NCBI RefSeq assembly: GCF_963506605.1
Contig: NC_083292.1
Span: 35,774,001 to 35,838,000, forward strand
DNA: 64,000 nucleotides
Source of the DNA: Zootoca vivipara
Taxonomy: Eukaryota
Reading direction: 5' to 3'
Positions 1 to 12,333 of this stretch are shown piece by piece. The position numbers and the translations under genes were made by a program. Positions within the stretch are counted from its first letter, which is position 1. Each line of letters begins with the position of its first letter. The notes under the pieces were generated by a model that made no database searches, had not been told where the DNA came from, and saw nothing but the letters and a program-made list of their open reading frames with translations.

Positions 1-124
1 CGACTGCTTGTATCTTCACCCTGCTACAACTCTTACATTTTGTGAGAATGGACACATTGTGGAAGGTCTTTTTACTATCCCAAATTAAATACGAGCCAAA
101 GATTACCCCTTGCCTCTCTCCTTA

Positions 125-792
125 CCGTGTTTCTCCTAAAATAAGACGGTCCTCAAAAATAAGCCATGTCAGGCTTTTAATTAGTAGAATAAATATAAGA
201 CATCCCCCGAAAATAAGCCGGGGGTGGGAGCCGCTTCAGGGAGCGCAGCGCGAAGAGCCTGGTGAGAGGCAGCTGCGGCTGCAGGTGAAGCCCGGGATCT
301 GCGTGGGCGACTGGGGGCGAACGCACTGAGCGCTGCGGCGGTGGCGAAGAAGCGCCCGATCAGCCCGCTTCTCAGCTGATCGGGCGCCTCTTCGCTACCG
401 CCGCAGCGCTCAGTGCGTTCACCCCCAGTCGCCCACGCAGATCCCGGGCTTCACCTGCAGCCGCAGCTGCCTCTCACCGGGCTCTTCGTGCTGCCGCTTC
501 GGGGAGCACAGTGCAGCGCGAAGAGCACTCTTCTGGTGCTCTTGTGCGTGCGTGCGCGCGAGGGAGAAGTCCCCTTTTCCTTACCCAGGTGCAGCAGCAG
601 GAGGTTACCCCCGCGAGGTGGGCAGTCTGTGCTCTGCACACACACACACACACCGTTTCGCCTCGCTCCGTCTCTCCCCCCTCCGCAAAGACACCAAAAA
701 AAAAAAAAAGACATCCCCTGAAAATAAGCCGTGGTGTGTTTTTGGGGAGGAAAAATAAATATAAGACGTGTCTTATTTTAGGAGAAACACGG
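125..792. mobile_element. Non-autonomous Tc1/mariner-superfamily MITE with internal 120-bp hairpin
   Basis: 23-bp perfect TIR ccgtgtttctcctaaaataagac (125-147 and 770-792) flanked by TA on both sides. Confidence 0.85.
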
Positions 793-1164
793 TATATACT
801 ATGTTTCTGTAAGGGAAAACTGTTGTCATGGTGTAGTTCTCATGGGTGCCAGTAGGTGGCAACTGCAACATGATGACAGAGCAGCAGGCAGGTGGCACAG
901 GCAGGCGGAAAAGTGAGTACAAGGGCTGAGGAAGCTGCTGAGGAATAGCTAGGTGAGGACAGGGCACCTCCCCTCTCCAGCAGCTGTGCTGCTCTGCTGC
1001 ATACCTCTGGCCAATACTGCTGTTTCAGCCTCAGCAGCATCAGATGCCAAGGAGGAAGAATGGGGCAACAAAGCAGGCAAGCAGCCTCCGGGGGGAGGAG
1101 GATGGAACCAGAGGCAGACAGGCAGCCGGATCAAGCTTTGAAGATTTCCACACTCTTCCCTGAG

Positions 1165-1903
1165 TGAGGGCATCCTGAGGAAGTTTGCAGACGGCACCAA
1201 ATTGGGAGGGGTGGCCAATACCCCAGAGGACAGGATCACACTTCAAAATGACCTTAACAGATTAGACAACTGGGTCAAAGCAAACAAGATGAATTTTAAC
1301 AAGGAGAAATGTAAAGTACTACACTTGGGCAAAAAAAATGAAAGGCACAAATACAGGATGGGAGACACCTGGCTTGAGAGCAGTACATGTGAAAAGGATC
1401 TAGGAGTCTTGGTAGACCACAAACTTGACATGAGTCAGCAGTGTGATGCAGCAGCTAAAAAAGCCAATGCAATTCTGGGCTGCATCAATAGGAGTATAGC
1501 ATCTAGATCAAGGGAAGTAATAGTACCACTGTATTCTGCTCTGGTCAGACCTCACCTGGAGTACTGTGTCCAGTTCTGGGCACCAGAGTTCAAGAAGGAT
1601 ACTGACAAGCTGGAACGTATTCAGAGGAGGGCAACCAAAATGGTCAAAGACCTGGAAACGATGCCTTATGAGGAACGGCTTAGGGAGCTGGGTATGTTTA
1701 GCCTGGAGAAGAGAAGGTTAAGAGATGATATGATAGCCATGTTCAAATATATAAAAGGATGTCATATAGAGGAGGGAGAAAGGTTGTTTTCTGCTGCTCC
1801 AGAGATGCGGACACGGAGCAATGGATTCAAACTACAAGAAAGAAGACTCCACCTAAACATTAGGAAGAACTTCCTGTCAGTAAGAGCTGTTCGGCAGTGG
1901 AAT
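1165..1903 (+). mobile_element. CR1 LINE ORF2 3' fragment lacking its tail
   Basis: KLGGVANT...KCKVLHLG...[11 protein letters not shown]...RRLR typical of the CR1 RT C-terminus; near-identical to 51286-53692. Confidence 0.9.
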
Positions 1904-2960
1904 TTTTCTTATCTGTCCTGAACACTTCATGTAATTGATGGTATTGGATCCAACCCGTAAGGTGTTGTTTAATTTTCTCATCATCTTTAATTACCAATTT
2001 ATTGTCTTTCTCCTTAATCAGATCTTTATATGTGGCCATTCTAATTCCATATTTTTCTTTTAAATTGGATTTTACCATCAATGACAGCCCTTGTGGAAAG
2101 ATAACTGCCCAGGTAAAATGTGATCGACAAGTGATCCACACTCCACACTTTCCAACGTTACACCATTGAGTTGCATTTGTGGCACTGCAGAGGGGTTGTT
2201 TTGTGCTTGTTGGTGCAGCACTTTGGTTTTCTGGATATTGAACAATAGGCCATGTTGTTCGTCAGCTTCTGCAAAGATATTTAGGGTGGTTTGGAGGTCA
2301 TCCTCTGAGTGTACAGATACTACGTTGTCATCAGCATACTGAAGCTCTATGATGGAAGTTATGGTAACCTTACTCTTTGCTTTCAGCTTACTCAGATTAA
2401 AAAGCTTTCATATATCTCTTTGATATATGACTCCAGTGGGGAGTTTCCCCTCCACAAAGTGTAGGATCATGGCAATCAAAATAGTGAATAGAGTTGGGGC
2501 AGTAACACAACCCTGTTTAACATCTGGTTCCACCGTGAATGGTTCACTTTGAGAGCCATTATTATCTGTGATTGTCACTGTCATACTATCATGGAGGAGC
2601 TGAATGATGTTTACAAATTTATATGGGCAGTCAATTTTCAGAAGGACAGTCCACAGGGCATTACAATTTACAGTGTCGAAAGCCGTAGTAAGGTCAATAA
2701 ACGCCATATACAGGGGTTGGTTTTGCTCTCTGCATTTTTCTTGAAACTGTTGAGAGGTGAAAATGAAATCATGTCCACTGTCCCCCTAGAAGGTCTAAAA
2801 CCATTTTGGGATTCAGGAAGTGTTTGCTAAGATCCTTCAAGAATTTTGCTGGCTGCAGCTGATAAAGAGATGCACCAATAGTTTCCGCAATCCATTTTAT
2901 CACCTTTTCTAAAAGAGATTGATAATTTTGGCATCCCTAAAGCCTGCTGGGATCTCTTCT
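1904..2960 (-). mobile_element. Degenerate L1 fragment (about 1904-2060) plus RTE-clade LINE fragment
   Basis: AFIDLTTAFDTV, VKQGCVTAPTLF and QYADD motifs; NYWCISLSAAASKI; inverted paralog of 29828-30515. Confidence 0.7.
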
Positions 2961-4524
2961 CTCCCTCCCAGACTCTTTTTTCCAATGAGCTTGTGATACT
3001 ACTGTTATTTTTACCTTTACACTTTTGAGAAACTACCATTTGTTGCCGTGCTTCACAACTCTCTAGGCATCCACAACCAACAATAAAATCCATTCCCCCA
3101 AAATCCATTTACTCCATCAGTCAAAGGAACTGCTTCAAGCTTCTGCCTATATTTACTTTTGAAGTCAGTCATTTTAGCAAAGTCTGGTGAGGAGAGAGCT
3201 GCTATTCTTGAATCCATCTCTTTCTGTATCTGCTTCATCACAAACTGAATTTGCTCCCTGAATATTAGACAAGGACTCCACCTCAGCGGAAAACAGTCCC
3301 CAAGTATGCCTACAGCAGCTTTTACCTTTTGACTCCTAGTGACAGTGTAAACCTTCTCTCCTGTTCCCAGTACATTCTGCCTAAGAATTTTGGCTCATCT
3401 TTCCCTCTCCAATAAATCTTTGCCTCAGACACTGGGAGCTAATCTGGATGTTGTGAGGCAACATCTTTGTGGAAGTATCTAGATCTTCTCTTAATAAAGT
3501 GATTCCTGTACCTGTGTCTAGAGATGCCCAGTATGTGCTGTTATTCATTAAAACTTCCTCCATTAACTCAGTGTCAAAGTTTGCAGCTTTCTCAAACCTC
3601 ATTTTACAGAGTTTAACCTCTTGGGAGGGCTTTGGGGGAGATGTCTACAGCTTTTGCCATTTTAACTGGGGAGCTAGGGCACTAGGTGTTACCGACCTGA
3701 CTTTCCACCGTTCCAGAAGATGTGGCGATTGCCACTAATTTGGACGGCTTTAAATGCAGATTACAAATCAATAAATGAAGTCAAGGTTTAAATGTGCTTA
3801 ATTTTTTTTTTTAACTCGTGTATGCAATAATTTAAAACTGTATCAAAATACAGTATCTGACTGAGAGGCTGGGTAATCCTGCACCATTTGACTACATTAT
3901 CTCCCATCAAAAAATATGTTATTGTCCAAAGTCTTGTAACATATTGATTACAAAAGCTACATTGCACAATACATTCCACACGATGTACATATGCAAATGT
4001 TGCAAAACTACAAAAGATTATCCAGCTATTATGACTGTTGCTCCCTGAATAAATAATGGTTTGAGGCACTCTGAAAGGGGACCCAGCACTTGTTTTGAAA
4101 AAGGGGGAAATGATAATTCTCTCAAGGCGAATGTACCTTATTCTAACCACATAGAACTAAACCATTCAGGGGGCCAGAGAGAAAGATGTCCTGCAAATGC
4201 ACTGATTTTAGTTTGGCCAAAAACTGCTTCAGACACCTAGCTATGCGGAACTGAGGCTCTACATTTAAAAATCAAGACAAACAGGTGATCAGAATGCAGA
4301 ACAAGCTTTATTGAAAAGGTCAAAGAAAAAGCATTGACATTTTAAAAGGGGCAAAGAAGACAATCGGTGTAGAAGGATCTTTTTCTTCTGGACTCTAAAG
4401 CAAAGAATGGAGGATGAATTCCAGGAGTGATTGCTTGAATCCAGCTCTTCTGAACCATGGCCAATACAGCTGTGTCAAGCTCCGTGGATATCAGTTCAGG
4501 ATATACTTCTCGGGTTTAATTGGC

Positions 4525-5055
4525 CTATGCACAGATGCTACCACGACGCCCAAACTTCCTTCCAAGGAGTGCCCTCCTCCCAGAGCCCAAACCATAGCCC
4601 CAGCCCCCAGAGCTTCCAAGGAGGCCTGACCCATAGCCCAAGCCCCCAAATCCATAGCCTCCTACTACCCCAGAGCCACCAACAGCACATGGAGTGTTGC
4701 CTCCCACAGCCACAGGCTCACAGCTGGCAGAGAGGATGGGCCCTGGGATGGTCACAACGGAGGCAGGTGGCTGGATCACGACTTCTGCTGGTGGGATCTG
4801 GTTGACGGGTTTAGGGATGATCCCATCTAGGATGCCAAGATTGCTTGCTCTTTCAGCACCTCCATATCCATAGCCCAGGCCTCCAAATCCGAAGCCCTGA
4901 CCTCCCCATCCATAGCCGAGACCTCCCAATCCAGAGCCGAGACCTCCAAATCCAGAGCCGAGACCACCATAGCCAAGACCTCCTGCTGATCCAAACCCAA
5001 CAGTGGGGGTGGAGGCCCAGGATGGGACAGCACAGGATGGACCACAGTCAACCAT
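4525..5055 (-). CDS. Corneous beta-protein (beta-keratin), Gly-rich, gene 1 (176 aa)
   Basis: MVDCGPSCAVPS N-terminus, GGLG[SY]G repeats, beta-core VNQIPPAEVVIQPPASVVTIPGPILSASCEPVAV, basic C-terminus RRGSICA; acceptor tttcag 18 nt before ATG; AATAAA on minus strand at 4307-4312. Confidence 0.95.
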   Translation of the reverse strand: MVDCGPSCAVPSWASTPTVGFGSAGGLGYGGLGSGFGGLGSGLGGLGYGWGGQGFGFGGLGYGYGGAERASNLGILDGIIPKPVNQIPPAEVVIQPPASVVTIPGPILSASCEPVAVGGNTPCAVGGSGVVGGYGFGGLGYGSGLLGSSGGWGYGLGSGRRALLGRKFGRRGSICA

Positions 5056-5912
5056 TGTTGGATGGAGGTGAGTCTGAAACCAAAAACACCAAGGGACAAA
5101 ATTAGCACAGGGGACATCACTTCAATGGACAGTGGGGAGAATATTTCAGACATAATGATCCTGAGGTGTTAGGATATTTTTCCCATTCCTGGTTCACTAA
5201 ACTCAAACCATCTTCCTTTCTCCATGACTGAAAATCAGCTGTCTTTGATAATTCTGAAAACATTAAGCCCTCATGCCTGAATCCTTTTTTGTTCTCTGCT
5301 TTTGTTACTACAGCCCTTCTCTTCATTGTGGATCCCAAATCCAATCCCTGGTAATTTCAGGATGGTCTAGCAATATCCCCTGCTTCAAGGCTTGTAGAAC
5401 AACAGCCAATCTGAGTAGATAAAACTGAACTAGGGGTTCCAGTGGTCTGTCATGGTATAGGACAACTCCCTATGCTCATTCGTGTAGGTTATTTGTTTGG
5501 AACCATGAAGATTAGAACCTTACTTTAATTTTATGGGGAGGACAATTGTTCAGGGGCCGAACATGTGATTTTCATGCAGAACATCCCAAGTTCATTTCCT
5601 GGGATCTGCAGATTGAGCTGGTAAAGATTCTCTTCTTGAAACTCTGGAGAACTACAGCTGGTCAGGGTAGACAAAACTGAGCTAGATAGACTAACACTCT
5701 CAGTATCAGGCAGGTAAATACTTGATTTCATAAGGTACATATAGAAAAGAAGCCAGCCAACAACTTAAGAGTGTAAGGTTCCTGGTGGAAGATCTACCCA
5801 ATTCACAGAGTAATAGAATTTTAGCTTTCTCTTGGAGTTCAGTTACCTGAACCCTCTGGCCACTGCAAGAATCATTCAAATATAACATCATATTTGCGCA
5901 CACTTGACTTAC

Positions 5913-5999
5913 CAAAGTCTCAGAGGAGTAGAAGTGAAGTGAAGGAGATGAAGCCAAAGGAAGCTGTTGGAAGATCTCAGCTAAAGGAGACCTTTTATA
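5913..5999 (-). promoter_or_regulatory. Gene 1 TATA box and non-coding exon 1 (intron 5074-5912, 839 nt)
   Basis: TATAAAA at 5999-5993; donor G|GTAAGT at 5912; matches the known two-exon CBP/EDC architecture. Confidence 0.8.
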
Positions 6000-6387
6000 C
6001 CATTTCATCTACATCTGCTGGTGGTTCCACATCCAGCTTGGATACGCCTCCTTTCCCCTCAGGCTTTAATTAGTAAGCAATTTCTGGAATGCATCATGGC
6101 CCTAATTAAGAAACGAGGCAAAAGTGTTAAGTGTTTTCTCAGTACCTCACTCTCTTCATAGTCATTCTTCCGCAAGACAAAGTTAATAGAAGCTTTTATG
6201 TTCCTCCTGGCAGGCGGATCAAAAGGTGCTTTGTCCCCATTTTTTTCAAAATAGTTGTTGATTTTCTCAGAAGTCTAATTGACCTTTATATCCAGGATTT
6301 TAGTTAGTCATTCTGTGCGCAACACATAGCAGTTTTTGTTTTTGTTTTAACCTCCGCTGTTGGAGGTAAGATTGGGGGAGAAATTTG

Positions 6388-6955
6388 ATCCAGGTTGCAT
6401 TTTCTCGCTTGGACTACTGCAATGCGCTCTACGTTGGGCTACCTTTGAAGGTGACCCGGAAACTACAATTAATCCAGAATGCGGCAGCTAGACTGGTGAC
6501 TGGGAGCAGCCGCCAAGACCACACAACCCCGGTCTTGAAATACCTGCATTGGCTCCCAGTACGTTTCCGAGCACAATTCAAAGTGTTGGTGCTGACCTTT
6601 AAAGCCGTAAACGGCCTCGGTCCAGTATACCTGAAGGAGCATCTCCACCTCCATCGTTCTGCCCGGACACTGAGGTCCAGGGCTGAGGGCCTTCTGGCGG
6701 TTCCCTCGCTGTGAGAAGCCAAGTTACAGGGAACCAGGCAGAGGGCCTTCTCGGTAGTGGCACGCACCCTGGAGAACGCCCTCCCACCAGATGTCAAAAA
6801 GAAAAATAACTACCAGACTTTTAGAGGACATCTGAAGGCAGCCCTGTTTAGGGAGGCTTTTAATGTTTAATCGATTATTTTATTTTATTTTTCTGTTGGA
6901 AGCCGCCCAGAATGGCTGGGGATACCCAGCCAGATGGGCGGGGTATAAATAATAA

Positions 6956-6998
<43 letters not shown>
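6388..6998 (+). mobile_element. L2 LINE 3' fragment with (ATT)n tail
   Basis: SRLDYCNALY..LQLIQNAAARL..LHWLPV..FKVLVL; 3' end gggcggggtataaat(att)n; paralog at 24195-24817. Confidence 0.85.
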
Positions 6999-6999
<1 letters not shown>

Positions 7000-7843
7000 C
7001 ATTATGAAACGGTATAGCAATTGAAGCAGTGTAGTCCTATGAACCCACACTTTCATGAATATTTCCATGTCGTTCTGCAGCCAGGTGATGTGTACAAATT
7101 TGCCCATAAGAATGGACATACTGTACTAAGTGAAAATAACATACAAAAAATGCATTATAATCGAGAAAATTGTTTTTTCGGGAAAGTGTTGTTGTTATGC
7201 TAAGTTCGCGCTAAGTTCCCATAGACATCTGGTTGGTCATTGAGAACAAGGCTCTTCCAGTCTTCAATGATGCAAACGTATCATATACCGAGGTATAGAT
7301 AAGTGTATGCAATAAAACAAGAAAGAGTATGAGAATTTCCACAATTATTTGGGAATTCTTTTTAAAGAAGATATTTGAAGAAATAAAAGGTTAATATAGT
7401 GCCAGCTGTTTTCGAAGAACCAGGGATTTAAGAACATAAAAAGGGTTGACTGGATCAGACTAAGGGCCCATCTTATCCAGTATTCTGTTATCACACATGT
7501 CTATGGAAAGCTCACCGTCATGGCCTGAATTCAACAGCAGTGATTTCCAGCAATAGGTATACAAAAGCGTGCTGACAGTAGTGCTAGAAGATAGTCATCA
7601 TGGCTCATAACCATTGGTTCCCTTATTCTCCATGAATTCACACAGTTCTAAAAAAGAATCCTTCTGGATCAGGCTAAAGGTGGCCCATTAAGCCCAGCAT
7701 CCTATTCTCCCAATGGCCAACCAATGGGAAGTCTGCAAACAAGATCTGAATGCAAAAGCACAGTCACCACCTGAGATTCCCCACAACTGGTATTCAGAGG
7801 CTTACTGTCTCTGATAGTGGAAATAGAACATGCATACAGTGTT

Positions 7844-8185
7844 GGGACATGGGTGGCGCTGTGGGTTAAACCACAGAGCCTAGGGCTTGCTGATCAGAAG
7901 GTTGGTGGTTCGAATCTCTGCGACGGGATGAGCTCCCGTTGCTCGGACCCTACTCCTGCCAACCTAGCAGTTCCAAAGTGCAAGTAGATAAATAGGTACT
8001 GCTCCGGCGGGAAGGTAAACAGCGTTTCTGTGTGCTGCTCTGGTTCGCCAGAAGCAGCTTTGTCATGCTGGCCACATGACCTGGAAGCTGTACGCCGGCT
8101 CATTCAGCCAATAACGTGAGATGACCGATGCAACCCCTGAGTCGATCACGACTGGACCTAATGGTCAGGGGTCCCTTTACCTTTA
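7844..8185 (+). mobile_element. Sauria SINE
   Basis: tRNA-like head gggtggcgctgtgggttaaacc...ggttcgaatc, tail ggggtccctttaccttt, flanking repeat acagtgtt; paralog 25657-25987. Confidence 0.85.
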
Positions 8186-8652
8186 CAGTGTTGGAAGCTC
8201 AGATATAGAAGCTAGGTGACATATGGCTCCTTAAACCAGGGGTACAGTTGGCAAAATGGAATGCCTAGTTGCCATTTTGGGGCCAGATGGCTCAAAAGTT
8301 GTATTTTTCAATATACAACCTTTTGGTTCCTGAAGTTGGTCATTGAGAACAGAATGAAGTTCATCCTGATTGTGCAGATAAAATATAACAGAATTCGACA
8401 GGGTGTGCAGCTAGCTAGTGTATGAAAACAGCCCAGATCCAAGGATCCCCAGGCAGGCACCTCCAGATGGTGGAGACATCAGGCACCATCCTGGTGCCTG
8501 GGCATCTGCACTTGGTCACAAGTGGCCAATAGCCAGGTGCAAAATGAGCCTGGCGCCTGGTGAATTTCAAACACTGCTATCATAGCTATTAGCCATTCAT
8601 AGCTCAGCTTCTGGCATTGTTACAAAATGACAAGAAGGGGGTCTGAATAGGG

Positions 8653-9026
8653 CAGCGTTTCTCAACCGCTGTTCCGTGGCACACTAGTGTGCCGCGAGAC
8701 GCTGGCTGCTGTGCCGTGGCGTGCGGCGACGAGAAGGGCGATTTGCATTGTCACGTGCCTGGCGGCCGCCAATATACAGCACTGACCCGCCGGAAAGCAA
8801 TATTTCTCCTCCTCTTTCCCAAAGCTCAGTGCAAACGAGCCTGGCGGCCGCCAATATACGACACTGACCCGCCGGAAAGCAATATTTGGCAAGTGTTTCT
8901 TACAGTCATAATTATAATATAGGGCGGCACAGAGTTAAATTTTTTAACTTTTTAAATGGTGGTGTGCCTCGTGATTTTTTTCACGGAACAAGTGTGCCGT
9001 GGCCCAAAAAAGGTTGAGAAACACTG
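8653..9026. mobile_element. hAT (Charlie-like) MITE
   Basis: TIR cagcgtttctcaacc/ggttgagaaacactg; 8-bp TSD gaataggg (8645-8652, 9027-9034). Confidence 0.88.
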
Positions 9027-9457
9027 GAATAGGGAACTGTGCACACTTTTCCATGAATGCGAACCTCAGCAATATCTGAGGTTCCACAGATTCCCCATTC
9101 CTGGATTGGATGTAGTTGCTTTAGGATTATTTTAAGCAGTGCAGAGGTAGCCAAAAGGATCCCCCCTAGTTTTTTGTTTTTGTTTTTGTGGATTTCACTC
9201 ACATAATTCTTTACTATTGACCATGCTGGCTGGGGCTAATGGGAGTGCAGTGATATCTTGTCAGAACCATATACACTACTATGACAGTAGGGAACAAGGA
9301 CCAAGGCGAGTCTAGGAATGGGAGAGAAATTCAATTCAATTGACCCTTAAAGAAAAACAAAATTTATTCACCCTTTTTGAAACAATGTGCAAATTGAAGC
9401 ATTGCTATGCTACAAAATCTGTAGCTGTCTGCATTTCCCAGCGCAGTTGTCCAAGTA

Positions 9458-10485
9458 CAGTGGAATCTTGGTTCTCAAACGTAATCCGTTCGACTCCCGA
9501 AACTGTTGGAAAACCAAGGTGTGGCTTCCGATTGGCTGCAGGAGCTTCCAGAGTGTCTCGCCAGAGTGGTGCATGCTCTGGTTATCTCCTGCTTGGACTA
9601 CTGCAATGCGCTCTACGTGGGGCTACCTTTGAAGGTGACCCGGAAACTACAACTAACCCAGAATGCGGCAGCTAGATTGGAGATTGGGAGCGGCCGCCGA
9701 GGCCACATAACACCGGTCTTGAAAGACCTACATTGGCTCCCAGAACATTTCCGAGCACAGTTCAAATTGTTGGTGCTGACCTTTAGAGCCCTAAATGGCC
9801 TCGGTCCAGTATACCTGAAGGAGCATCTCCACCCCATCGTTCTGCCCGGACACTGAGGTCCAGTACCGAGAGCCTTCTGGTGGTTCCCTCATTGCGAGAA
9901 GCCAAGTTGCAGGGAACCAGGCAGAGGGCCTTCTGGGTGGTGGCGCCCGCCCTGTTGAACACCCTCCCATCAGATGTCAAAGAGAAAAACAGCTACCAGA
10001 TTTTTAGAAGGCATCTGAAGGCAGCCCTGTTTAGGGAGGCTTTTAATGTTTAATAGATTATTTTATTTCATTTTTCTGTTGGAAGCCGCCCAGAGTGGCT
10101 GGGGAAACCCAGCCAGATGGGCGGGATATAAAAAGGTAAAGGGACCCCTGACCATTAGGTCCAGTCGTGACCGACTCTGGGGTTGCACGCTCATCTCGCA
10201 TTATTGGCCGAGGGAGCCGGCGTATAGCTTCCAGGTCATGTGGCCAGCATGACAAAGCCGCTCCTGGCAAACCAGAGCAGCACATGGAAACGCCGTTTAC
10301 CTTCCCGCTGTAGCGGTTCCTATTTATCTACTTGCATTTTGACGTGCTTTCGAACTGCTAGGTTGGCAGGAGCTGGGACCAAGCAACGGGAGCTCACCCC
10401 GTCACAGGGATTCGAACCGCCGACCTTCTGATCAGCAAGCCCTAGGCTCAGTGGTTTAACCACAGCGCCACCTGGGCGGGATATA

Positions 10486-10535
<50 letters not shown>

Positions 10536-10647
10536 GCTGCGTTGGGCATAAAACATTCAAAAACCAGAACACTTACTTCCAGGTTTTTTGTTGTTTGGGA
10601 GCTGATTTGTTTGACAACTAAGTCATTTGAGAACCAAGGTAGCACTG
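9458..10647. mobile_element. Nested stack: Tc1/mariner (Tigger-like) MITE > L2 3' fragment (about 9550-10535) > Sauria SINE (10131-10472, minus)
   Basis: TA-flanked TIRs cagtgg..ttggttctcaaa / tttgagaaccaag..cactg; L2 peptide SCLDYCNALY; SINE TSD tgggcgggatata (10118-10130, 10473-10485). Confidence 0.8.
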
Positions 10648-10894
10648 TAATGGGTAGCAAAATGAATACATTCGAGTAAACTATAATGCCTACATATCTT
10701 AAAGAAAAGAAGGCACAACAATGTATGATATTAAAGAGAATTGCACTTCAGAAATGTGTAATTCAATACAATTGTGTGCTGATGGATTTTCATGAGGACA
10801 CTGATAATGGAGATCTCTGGGAATCCGGTATGCATATGCAAAATCTTTGATGATGTCCTAGAGTCCCTTAAGTTGATGAAAGAGCTTTGAAGAT

Positions 10895-11997
10895 TTTCAC
10901 CGGCAGAAGCTAAAACCCAAAAAAGACTGAACATGTCAACAAACTGGTTGAGATATAGGGATATCCTAATGGAAGACGGTGATCAGATAAAGCTAAAACC
11001 ATATGAGGTGTTGAAGAGTAAAGTAAGGGATTGGTTTCAATATTATCAAATTAATGAAATGTTTAAAATGGATAAAAAAGTTGGTTTTCAAATGCAAAAG
11101 TCTAAATTAGAAACAGAATTGTTATATTCCAAAGGTAAAAATTTACCAAAAATGTATAATGTATTCTTGGAATGGCATACAAAGGACAAGCAAACAAAAC
11201 ATGTGATGATAAAATGGGCAAATGATGTGGGGCACAACATCATGGTGGAGGAGTGGGAAAGGTTATGGAAGCAAAATATGAAATTTACCGCGAGAAAATT
11301 TAATGAAAATGATTTATAGATGGTATCTGACTCCAGTAAAGTTAGCTAAGATTTATCATAAACAAGGCAATAAGTGCTGGAAATGTAAAAAGCAAGAAGG
11401 TACTTTCTTCCACATGTGGTGGACATGCCCCCAAGTGAGAGACTTCTGGGAAAAGATTTATAATGAACTGAAAAAAGTGCTGAAAAGCACTTTTGTTAAG
11501 GAACCAGAGGCCTTCTTACTTGGGATAACGGGGGATGATATCCCTAAGAAAGATGTTGTTTTCTTTTTATATGCCACAACAGCAGCAAGAATATTACTGG
11601 CAAAGAATTGGAAGAATGAAGAATTACCAACTGTGGATGAATGGCAGAAGAAATTGATAGAATATATGGAACTGTCTGAGTTGACGGGGAGACTTCGGGA
11701 TCGGAGTGAAGAAGCAGCGGAAGAAGACTGGAAGAAATTTAAAATTTATTTGAAAAATAAGCATGTAATAGATTGATTTAATGGTAGTGAGGGAGATACA
11801 AGGAAGTTGTAGATAATACAAGGGTTTGAAAATAAGCATTGTTAGAAGATATTATAATTAAGAAGTAAGATATAGACTGAGTGTTTAAAAGATAAGATAT
11901 AATAGATATAGTAAAATGATAATATTGAAGCAAATTTAGAGTTGATATAAGATTTAGAACTTACTAAATATGAAATGTAAAGAAGAATTAAAAAAAA
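10895..11997 (+). mobile_element. 5'-truncated L1 with TSD
   Basis: ORF2 C-terminus with CCHC (CWKC..FFHMWWTC); A-tail; TSD gaaagagcttt[g/c]aagat; empty site in paralog at about 26732. Confidence 0.9.
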
Positions 11998-12251
11998 GAA
12001 AGAGCTTTCAAGATCTCTATCTGCTCCCTCTGGGTGCATCTGGTTTCAAGCATCAGACTGGAAGTCAGCAAAATTAAAAGGAAGGGAGGGGGAATGGTGT
12101 TGAGACAATTAGTCTTTCATTATTGCAACCACTTAATGTTGTGACCTTTTGTGCTTAGTGAAGTAATTTTGCACATTAAATTGCCAACAACGAAATAAAA
12201 GATTAGTCAGAAGAGGCAGTCCCTTGGTCACTGGGGCGGCTTGCAGAACTG

Positions 12252-12333
12252 TATAAAAGCTCGAAGTTCTCCCAGTTTCTCCAACAGCTTCACCTGACTC
12301 TCCTGTCTTCACCACATCTCACCAAAGCAGCAG
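12252..12333 (+). promoter_or_regulatory. Gene 2 TATA box and non-coding exon 1 (intron 12334-15872)
   Basis: TATAAAA 12252-12258; donor CAG|GTAAGC at 12334. Confidence 0.8.

Noticed and set aside
3381-4150. Recurring ORFs MVRIRYIRLER and MRFEKAANFD in the flanks of genes 1, 2 and 4
   Set aside because: Recur only because the flank is duplicated; differing ends, no promoter or splice support, no recognisable domain
4414-5153. Antisense and alternate-frame ORFs over each CBP gene (QSRDLPI repeats, WEVSALD repeats)
   Set aside because: Shadows of the 21-bp Gly repeat; recurrence is explained by paralogy; most start at non-ATG codons or in introns
6880-7119. ORFs with poly-Ile, poly-Asn or poly-Leu tracts (also 10448, 24688, 26211, 33570, 59977)
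   Set aside because: Translations of (ATT)n L2 tails
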